In this document: in pieces, positions 53,901 through 64,000 of the stretch
Numbering within the stretch: position 1 is the first letter of the stretch
Layout: the number at the start of each line of letters is the position of its first letter
Assembly (NCBI RefSeq): GCF_006345805.1
Contig: NC_043000.1
Span: 123,132,001 to 123,196,000, forward strand
Reading direction: 5' to 3'
Length of the DNA stretch: 64,000 bases
Origin: Octopus sinensis
Lineage: Eukaryota
Position numbers and translations under genes: made by a program
Notes under the pieces: generated by a model
Seen by the model: the letters and a program-made list of their open reading frames with translations, nothing else
Databases searched by the model: none
Told to the model about the DNA's origin: nothing

Positions 53901-55491
53901 ATAGCTCAAGTTATTTTAGCAGAAACTGAATCTGGCAGAATTGTAGCTCTAAGACATACTTAGCTCTTAAAATACTTATCAACAACAGCAACTACTATAA
54001 CTATTTTTTATGGGATAACTTAGGCTTTAAAATATTGATGAAGAAATTTCATAATATATGTAATTTGCCAACCTATCACAAAATTATGTTATATAATTTT
54101 CATGAATGAATTTCAGTATTTATTATATTAACATACATTAAAAACTAAAGGTTATTTTCATTCTGATCTAATAGAATTAGTAACATGCAAAATAGATTTT
54201 GTTTATGCATATTTGCAATCAGAACTGTTTTGAAACATTTTACTAATAAAAACAAAATTACAAACGAAATCATTATTATTCATTAAAAAATCATTTTAAT
54301 ATTAAAATTCTTCAGAAATTTGGCTAGCCTCAAAATATCGCTAACAATTAAAAATGATAATGCTTAAGAACAATATAAAATTATATAATCAAATTTATGA
54401 AAAATTACAATAAATGGATATGCTATCAATATACTAGAATATTTGGATAATTGTAATTTTATCAGACAATTAATATACCACTTACATAATTTTAAATACC
54501 AACTTTGAAAATTACAGATTTCTTCACTATTTTATTTAAATTTTTCTTTTTTCTTTTGCCTTTTTAGTGATAGGAGTGGCCCAATTTTCTATTTCTTTCC
54601 ACTTTGTGCATTTTTTCTTTTTTTTTTTGGATGTTTGAATCAACTTTATAACTTTCTGTTGTTACAAAATAAGATATGTTTATGCTCACTGAAGATGTCG
54701 ATTTTATCAGGTAATCATTCTCAGTGCACCCAGGATGTTATCTAAAGTTCTATAATTGCAAATGAAATTTAATTTTAGAGCATGTTGCATTTTCAGAAAC
54801 TTATTAGTTTGATATTTGAATGGCTTATTTGACTGGTTAATCTTGCTCTTTGTAGAATGCTGATAGTGTCAAATATTTTCTATTTAAAATATGATTGTTT
54901 AAAATTCTGTTTTACATGAGGAGGTTTTTTTTTCTGGAATATTTTTTCTTCTCTACCCCCATGCAGCCAGCACTCCTCAGTTTTGGGCCATTTTGCTTTC
55001 TCTTTTGCATGGTCATATTATTGTTAAATTTTTTCTTCAAAAATGCATGATGTCTTTGCATGAAAGATTTCCTGGTTTATAATATCTCTCTCTCTTTTTT
55101 TTTTTTTGTTTTTTCACCATGATGAATAAAGACTAAAAATTCTCAACATTTTGATCTTCGAAAGAGAAAAAAATTAACAACGAATTACAAAAAAAATTGA
55201 AAAAAAGTTACTACTGTTGAAAATAAATGCAATTTTTCTTATTGAGTTTTTAACTGTTGGCTTTATCTTTCTAATTAATAGACAGCTTTTTCTAGAAAAA
55301 GTTAGTGATTTAATAAGGAATAAATTATTTCAATCAGTTGTGTTTATGAAGCAGTTTCGTTCTACAATAAATGCTTTTATGGTGATTCTAACTTGATTCA
55401 TTTGTCTCAATTCTTTTTCTATTATTTGAGACAAAATATGCAGGTCACTTAACTATGGGTATAGTACACACACACTCACACACACACACAC

Positions 55492-55523
<32 letters not shown>

Positions 55524-55550
55524 ACACACACACACACACACATACATACA

Positions 55551-55584
<34 letters not shown>

Positions 55585-56214
55585 ATATATATATATATAT
55601 AATATATATATATTCTATGATAATAGGTATTTTATAATTTGTTAGTATTTTTATTTTAAAACTACACAAAAAGAAGAGATGCTTACAAGCAATTGCATTC
55701 CTAAACTAAGCAAATATTTACACTGTTTGTATAGAAAATATTGATAGATAGTTAATTCCATTGTTTCCCTTACTCTATTTCATAACAAAAAAGAAATCAA
55801 TAAAAATCTTTTAAAGTAATTTTTGAAATTATCTGCTGCTATAATTTATCAATTTTTTTGTACATGTATGAAGATTAAAAAAGAAATTTTAATATCAAAT
55901 TTGTTTTAAATCCTTTTGAAACTAGGTAATAATAGAAACTGTTGTTTTGTTCATTTTTGTTACTTACTTCACAATTTAGATTAGTTTGAGTCATTGTCAA
56001 GTCCAAAACTTTAGTCCTTGCTCTGAAACACATAATGAAATATAGAGTAATAGTAAGATAAAATTTATCATTTGAGTAATCACCATTAAAAGCACATTGT
56101 TTCTACAAATATTACTACTTCAAATAAAAATAAAATTATCATGACTTAATTATTTATTTCTTTGTAGTATTCTCAGCTCTATTTATATTGTCAGCATTTA
56201 TTAGTTTTCTTACA

Positions 56215-56215
56215 A

Positions 56216-56260
<45 letters not shown>

Positions 56261-56282
56261 CATCATTATTATTATTACATTG

Positions 56283-56332
<50 letters not shown>

Positions 56333-56360
56333 TATTATTATTATTATTATTATTATTTAC
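56215..56360. repeat. (ATT)n compound microsatellite; another (ATT/ATC)n block at about 56770-56880
   Basis: Direct inspection. Confidence 0.95.
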
Positions 56361-56769
56361 TCCTACTATTACGTCCACTATTCTAGCATTACTATTTTTA
56401 TTAGAACTATCATTATTATACTTCTCAGCACCAGCAACAAGACCATTGTAAATGTTCATTAAAACCAAGAACTAATAAAAACAAATGTCAATATTCTTTT
56501 CAGATGTAAATGAAATTAATTATAAACTATCAAAAAACCAACAAGTAGAAAAATTCCTCTATCATTTATTACAAATTTGTTTCAAACATAATGTGTTTAC
56601 AAATATTCTGTTGTGTGGGAATATTTCTTCAAGAGTATTATAGTTATTTTTAGTCTTAAAAGTATTTAATTAGTTACTATATTTGTTGCTGTTGTTGTTA
56701 TAATTATCTTCACTATATTATCACCATAATCACCATTATCACTATCGTCAGAATTTCCTATTATTGAAA

Positions 56770-56820
<51 letters not shown>

Positions 56821-58089
56821 TATCATTATCATAATCATCATCATCATCATCACCATCATTATTATTATTATTAATGATGACTATTTTCATATTAATTGTT
56901 TGTTGTTTGATGACATTTTTCATTTTGATTATGATGAACCTAACTTCCACAGATATTTTCAATTCTTGTGTCAAGACTACTGAGTTCCTTGATAAATTAT
57001 ACCTATTGTTATCTTACAGTGTAATTGAAACAACTTCTAGTGATGGTACTCACAGAATCTCGGTATATATATCGAAACTAATTCATCAGTATTTGTGATG
57101 ATTGACATTTTATTCAATGCAAATATCGTTCTTTATACAATGACATTTTCAAAATATTTTGTAATTTTCTCATTGTGTTAATGCTGTTTTATTTTTTTAA
57201 ACTTTTTTATTTCCTTAAAAAACATAGAACATAGACATTTGTATAATATTCTCTGCAAGTTTTGTCTTTGTCATGTACAAAATGTTTATGTATATGTGTG
57301 TCTGTGTGCGTATATATTTGTGTGTATAAAAGTATGTATGTTCTGAATTTTTGAAATTATATTTATGAAATTACAGGTTAGAAATTACTTTCTAAATAAA
57401 AATACATGCAACACTTGGGTTTTGAATAAAATTATATTAATGCATCTGTTCTTTGTTGACTCTATTCTAATTTTATTTTGTATTTAAAAAAATTTTTTTT
57501 AATTTAAACTTTTTTTTCAAGTAGTAATGATAGAGTACATTGATATAAAACTGTATGAATAGATTAAAAATTGATTATTGATTGCTTTGTTTTTTCAACA
57601 AAACTATCATTTGGTTGCTTTGATTTTGTTATTTCTAAATTGTTTTCATAAGGCAATTCTTTTAAATTAGAAATTTTAAAATATTCTATTGAATTTATGC
57701 CAATTCGATATAGTTGGGTCTCATTCAGCTTCTAGTAACATGTCCCATTACCAGCTTGTAAGCAATCCTTAGATTAGGTAGTCTTATCAAAAATACAACA
57801 CTGGTTAAATACCATACCAGATAACTATAGACTAGATACAATTTGAACAGAGAGCATGTGCATCCTTGACTACATTGGAGAAAGATGTGACCCCAAAAGT
57901 TTTAAGATACTTTGTTTCAGTTGCCAGCATACATGCTCTCTTTGGGAGTTGAACGTTCATATTTTCATTTACTGTACATTCTTTCTGTGCCCATAAGTAA
58001 AATATATGTTTATAATAAATACTTATAAATACATGTGTATGCATGTGTGAGACTATAAATATGTGTGTATGTGTCTGAATATATATATA

Positions 58090-58170
58090 CAAATTATATG
58101 TATATATACGTATGTATGTATATGAGTATATATGTATGTATAGATACGTATGTTTGCATATATATATATA

Positions 58171-58217
<47 letters not shown>

Positions 58218-58587
58218 TATATATGCATATATATGTATATAAATATGTATATGTGTGTGTGTCTCTCTATATATGTATATATATGTATATATATATATAT
58301 GTATGCATGTATGTATATATATGTATGTATGTGTATATGTATATATATATATGTATATATATATGTATTTATATATATATATGTATATATGTATGTATAT
58401 ATATATATGTATTTATGTATATATGTATTTATGTATATATGTGTGTATGTATATATATGTATATACATATATATATGTATATACGTATATATATGTATAT
58501 ATACATATATATATGTATATACATATGTATATATATATGTATATGTGTGAGTAAATATAGAAAAATCTGTGAGTGAATGTATGTTTG

Positions 58588-58640
<53 letters not shown>
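58090..58640. repeat. Compound (TA)n/(TATG)n/(GA)n microsatellite
   Basis: Direct inspection. Confidence 0.95.
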
Positions 58641-58641
<1 letters not shown>

Positions 58642-60381
58642 CATACACACAAATGTGTTTGCATGCATGTATGTGTATTTACATGTATTTATAGTATAGT
58701 TACTAGGACTGTAATTATTCACTATTATAAAGTCCAGAAAGGCAATAATTTTACATGTAAAACCTCTTGTACTGGTAGTTAGATAAGAGATTTCTCTAGC
58801 AGTGGAAAAGTTCAGTAAATTATGCTCTCAGATATTAGATTTTAGAAAAGTTTCATATAGTTATATCTGTTAAGATAGAAGATGTGACATACAAAATGTC
58901 ATTCAGTTATGAGATTAATAGTATAAATATTCGCGTGATTTTAGATAGTGGCAATTCAGATACATGCTCATGTGCATACACACACAACTGAAACAAACAT
59001 ACACTGGCTTGTACATGTGCACACATGTACATACAAGGTTATCATTGCATATTTATAGTAAAGAGAAAAAGCATTGATTTGATTGCTTTCTAAAAAATAT
59101 TTTTCCTCTGATAAATTTTATTTCACAATGAACTTCAGAAATATTTACGTCTTAAATGAGTGAAACAGATCGTTATACTCTACATATATACTTATAAGTA
59201 ACATATATGTATCTAAAAGCCAAATCCTAAGAAAATTGACTATATGAAACAAGAATTACAAAAGTTGATTTTTGTTTGTTAAGCAATATTTTCTAGTAAT
59301 TTATTTTTGCATTATACTTTCAGATACGACATAGTCGTTTTTAAATACAACATGATTGTTTATTTGAAAATATTCTTTTGCATCAAGTTAATATTATTAG
59401 TTTTACATCATAAAAGTTTGTGTTCTTCATAGTCATTATTTTCTTTTTATGTGATAATAACTGATTATATAAGGAGTAAATTCTTAAAGCTATACATCTA
59501 CCCAAAAATAATTTGGCCAGATATAAAAGTCATTTAGATTTATAAGTTAAGCATATTGATATCTTAGTTATTCTGTATGAAATATGTTTCTTAAAAACCT
59601 AGTCGTTTTTAAGTTATCAGTACTACTTGGTTTACATTTTCCTCATAACCATAGGTTGGTTGAATCAGTTCCATATATACTTTCTATCTTACCCTGTTCC
59701 TAAAATGATATTTGATCTCAATATAATTCCAAGAATATTTTGACTTACCATCATTATCGTCAAATTTATTATCGTGGAATTTTTATTTATATTGCTTTGT
59801 TCTCATCATGTTTACATACCAATGAAATTCAGTATACACTTAGCAATTAAATATGTTACATGTGGTTCAGATATTTAGCTCTGCTATTTTTTGCTGAATT
59901 AAGTCTTTTATCTTCACAGCATACACACTACTTTTTGTACGTCAAATTATTTGTTAACATTAAATGTTTAAATTATATGCACTTCAGACACTATGAAATT
60001 TTACCAACTGCAATTGATGTGCACAACAATCTCATTAATCATTGCAATTCTCTGTGGGGCCCTTCTGATTTTACTAATTACATTTGGTATTTTTATCAGG
60101 TTATTTCTTATTACATAAAAAGCAATTAAATAATTTTTCTATTTAAAATACTCTTCTGAAATACATCTTAAATATTGTTTAAACTGATTACATAATGATA
60201 TGTCTTTCTCTACATATCACGCATCACTTAATGCGTTTGTTTCATATACTTACTGTTAAATAGCATTATATTCCTGTATGTATAAAAATTTTGTCGATTT
60301 GAAGTTTCTAAATTTTCTTTCATATATGTTTGATTCTGCAATGAGAGCTAATATTTCTACTAACATATTACATTTAAAATT

Positions 60382-60636
60382 GAAGGTGATGAGCTGGCAG
60401 AATTGTTACCACATCAGACAAAATACTTAGCAGCATTTCGTCAGACTTTATGTCCTGAACATTATTTACAATATTTACATTTGACGGATATTTGTCCTCA
60501 TCTTGTTTGTTTTTAACACAACATTTTGGCTGATATACTCTCCAGCCTTCATCAGGTTTCTTGGAGAAATTTTTAACCTGGGTTCTCATTCTTAAGGTAT
60601 TTTTCGTTGTTGTTGTTGTTGTTGTTGTTGTTGATA

Positions 60637-60681
<45 letters not shown>

Positions 60682-60745
60682 TCACTGCTTGGAATTGAAC
60701 TTGGAATCTTGGGGTTAGTAGCCCATACTCTTAACCACTATGCAA

Positions 60746-60801
<56 letters not shown>

Positions 60802-61110
60802 TAATAACATCAAAAAATACCTTAGGAATGAGAACCCAGGTTCAAACTTTCTCCAAGAAACCTGATGAAGGCTGAAACGTGTTAACAACAAAGATGAGGA
60901 CAAATATCCATCAAATGTAAATAATGTAAATAATGTACATAATTCCCTATCTCTTAAATATAGAACTTTATGTCCTGAGTTCAAATGCTGCCAGGGTTAA
61001 CTTTGCCTTTCATCCTGTCAGGGTTGATAAAATAAGTACCTGTTGACTATTGGAATCAATATGATTGATTTTCCTCTCCAAACATTGCTTGCCTTGTGCT
61101 AGAATTTGAA
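60382..61110 (+). mobile_element. GGTGAGCTGGCAGAA-family SINE split by a 506-bp insertion
   Basis: The host 5' part (60382-60458) resumes at 60965 with GAGTTCAAAT...AACTTTGCCTTTCATCC. Confidence 0.8.
60459..60964. mobile_element. Inverted-dimer element with central tRNA-like head, (AAT)n and hammerhead-like body; 14-bp TSD
   Basis: ACTTTATGTCCTGA at 60445-60458 and 60965-60978. Arms 60459-60680 and 60746-about 60935 are inverted. The centre on the - strand has TAGTGGTTAAGAG and GTTCAATTCC. Confidence 0.85.
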
Positions 61111-61746
61111 ACCAATATTATATTTATAATTCTACTAAGAAAGCTTCAAAATACATTCAAGTATTCATTTGAAACTTAATTTTGTACTTGTATAGTCTAA
61201 TTAATTCTCATGAGACTTATATTCACCATTAACTTTATTTCACACTAGGTCTGAGAGATAGTTTTTCTGAAGAAAATATTTTAGATAAACAGGATTACCT
61301 CACTGTATTTACAGCATCCTAATAAATTATAAAATTATAAAATCTCACCTTTGATGTCTCTTCCTATGTTTTCTTTACTTTGTTTATCTGGTTTAGGTCT
61401 TTGCTACTCTAAAACATTGTTGGTGTGCTAATCTTTGTAGTTGGGCCAATAACAAATATGGTTTATTCATTATTGACTATTCTAACGTCTGCCTTCTGTG
61501 ATATAACATTCTGTTGATGATTTTGTAATTAGTTTATATTCTAACATCTCAATAACCATTACAACATAAGCAGACACTTCACTACTGTTTGCTACTGTAG
61601 ATTTATACCTACCTTTTCACTAATATATCTGTATTTTTGCTAGTTTATATATGGTCACTGACACTAATATTTCATTTACATATATATAAACTTTATAATG
61701 TACATTTCTTGTTTCCCACATTTGCTTAATAATACTTGAAATCCTG

Positions 61747-61935
61747 TTAGGCGGTGAGCTGGCAGAAACATTAGTACTCTGGGCGAAATGCTTGGCAGTA
61801 TTTCGTCTGTTTTTGCCAGGGCCAACTTTGCCTTTCATCCTTTTGGAGTCGATAAATTAAGTACCAGTTGCGTACTGGGGATCAGTCTAATTAATTGGCA
61901 CCCTCTCGAAAATTTCAGGCCTTATAGTAAAAAAG
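61747..61935 (+). mobile_element. GGTGAGCTGGCAGAA-family SINE
   Basis: Homologous to 44059-44233 and the 60382 host. Confidence 0.75.
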
Positions 61936-62037
61936 AATATTTGAAAACCTGTAACGTTGTATCCATGTGAAGTTAGGAAACATTCGTATATTTGCAAACT
62001 TGATTGCAGTTTTGTGTGTGTGTGTGGTGTGTGCATG

Positions 62038-62068
<31 letters not shown>

Positions 62069-62171
62069 TATATATATATAATATATATATATATATATGT
62101 ATGTATGTATATATACCTATATAAATATACATATATATATATATATATATATGAAGATAAATGAAAATATA

Positions 62172-62231
<60 letters not shown>

Positions 62232-62274
62232 AATATGTGTATACACACATATGTATGCATAGGTGTGTGTATAT

Positions 62275-62343
<69 letters not shown>

Positions 62344-62401
62344 GTTTTTGTCTATCTGTCTATATATATATGTGTGTGTGTAGATAGATAGATAGATATG
62401 T

Positions 62402-62512
62402 GAGTGTGCCTCTGTGTGTGTGTGCCTCTGTGTGAGTGTGCCTCTGTGCACGTGTGCCTCTGTGCATGTGTGCCTCTGTGCACGTGTGCCTCTGTGCACG
62501 TGTGCCTCTTGT
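62402..62512. repeat. Minisatellite with a unit of about 16 bp (GTGTGCCTCTGTGCAC), about 7 copies
   Basis: Direct inspection. Confidence 0.9.
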
Positions 62513-62749
62513 GTGTGCATATATTTTGTATGCATGTGCTTGTGAACATATGTATTTATATTTATGAATTTGAACATGCACAAGCATTCTCATATAAAAT
62601 TATTGAGGAATTAGTGAATGCAAGCTTACGTATGTTCTCAGCCATTACAGCCCCATATTTCACTGCAATGTAGTATGGCAGTTCACACACGCACATCATA
62701 TGTATATATGTTCATATATATATATATATCTATATATATATATATTTAA

Positions 62750-63152
62750 TAAAATATTAGGGAATAAATCCAAACTTACAGGGAAAAATCAAATTTAGGA
62801 TTGAATCCAATTTTATAGTAAAATATTATATTATATTAAATTAGAGATAAAACCACTATTAGGCAAATCATACAATGAAAAACTTAAGCCAATACATTAG
62901 ATTATTTAATTTATATTATTTAAATATATAACAACATTATTAAAAAAGATAATTAATATAACACTACGATCGTTTCATGGCTGTTCAATTCTTAAAATTT
63001 TCGAACAGCCATGAAATGATCGTAGTGTTATATTAATTATCTTTTTTAATAATTTTGTTATATATTTAAATAATATAAATTAAATAATCTTATGTATTGG
63101 CTTAAGTTTTTCATTGTATGATTTGCCTAATAGTGGTTTTATCTCTAATTTA

Positions 63153-63162
<10 letters not shown>
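62750..63162. mobile_element. Foldback element with 160-bp arms (3 mismatches), 16-nt loop and unpaired leader
   Basis: Arms 62827-62986 and 63003-63162; leader 62759-62788 is shared with 12658-12688. Confidence 0.93.
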
Positions 63163-63209
<47 letters not shown>

Positions 63210-63314
63210 ATATATATATATATATATATATAAATATGAACATATACATATGACGAGTGTGTGTGAACGGCCTATATATATATATATAAATTTGTACATT
63301 TATATATATATATC

Positions 63315-64000
63315 ATCATCATCATTTAACGTCCACACTCCATGCTAGCATGGGTTGGACGATTTGACTGAGGGTTGGTGAACCAGATGGCTGTACCAGG
63401 CTCCAATCTTGATCTGGTAGAGTTTCTACAGCTGGATGCACTTCCTAATGCCAACCACTCCGAGAGTATAGTGGGTGCTTTTACATGCCACCGGCACGGG
63501 AGCCAGTCATGCGGTACCGGCAATGACCTTGCTGGAATCGTTTTACACATGCCACCAACACAGGTGCCAGTAAGGCGATGCTGGTAACAATCCCACTTGA
63601 TTGGTGCCTTTTACGTGCCACCAGCACAGAAGCTAGTTAGCCACTCTGGCAACGATCACGCTTGGATGGTGCTCTTAGCACCCTACTAGCACGGAGTTCA
63701 AGTGCCAGTAAGGCGACACTGGTAATGATCACACTCGAATGGTGCCTTTTATCTGCCACTGGCACAGAAGCCAGTAAGCCACTGTGTCAATGATCACACT
63801 CGTATGGTGCTTTTGCACCCCACTACTACAGATGCCAGTCATCGAATTTGATTTTGATTTTTATTTTTATTTCACTTGCCTCAACAGGTCTTCGCAAGCA
63901 GAGTTTAGTGTCCAAAGAAGGAAAAGGTACACATAAGTGGGCTGGTTATGCCCCTGGCATAGGCCACAAGGTTATGGTCTCATTTGGCTTGCCAGGTCTT
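63315..64000 (-). mobile_element. RTE-type 3' UTR with internal tandem subrepeats (about 139-bp period), running off the window
   Basis: Homologous to 1450-1780 and the other tails; subrepeats at about 63563-63693 and 63702-63832. Confidence 0.85.

Noticed and set aside
54674-54710. 37-nt candidate exon after a pyrimidine tract
   Set aside because: It shifts the frame and has no similarity to the expected next exon.
57755-57757. 3-nt candidate microexon CAG|CTT|GTAAGC
   Set aside because: The pyrimidine tract is short and the pattern is easily random.
60681-60745. Functional tRNA gene
   Set aside because: There is no acceptor stem and the anticodon stem is imperfect; it is treated as a SINE-type head. 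Its TACTAAC is antisense to the gene, so it is not a branch point.
63563-63832. CRISPR-like repeat-spacer array
   Set aside because: These are whole-unit diverged tandem subrepeats of a eukaryotic LINE 3' UTR, with no unique spacers or cas genes.

Overview
AT-rich eukaryotic genomic DNA dense in microsatellites. The repeat families (tRNA-headed SINEs, RTE tails ending in (GAT)n, long (TA)n tracts) suggest an Octopus genome; this is an inference. Nearly the whole window appears to be intron of one + strand gene, a neurexin-1 homolog. One clear exon (5116-5276) encodes part of the second LNS/laminin-G domain and ends where vertebrate neurexins have alternative splice site 2 (SS2). About 17 kb downstream is a strong candidate 27-nt in-frame microexon (22691-22717, LAKDRGLFV). 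I could not find the next constitutive exon. The intron holds decayed RTE and CR1/L2-like LINEs, three mariner relics, many SINEs and two Penelope-like (PLE) RT/GIY-YIG remnants. The most unusual feature is a set of about ten long inverted-repeat (foldback) elements, mostly next to (TA)n. Several unrelated families of these carry complete or partial hammerhead-ribozyme-like cores with palindromic stem III. One also has a central tRNA-like Pol III head and a 14-bp target-site duplication. All alignments, identities and folds were done by eye, so coordinates of decayed elements are approximate. Most ORFs in the supplied track are microsatellite artefacts. No CRISPR, rRNA or intact tRNA was seen.
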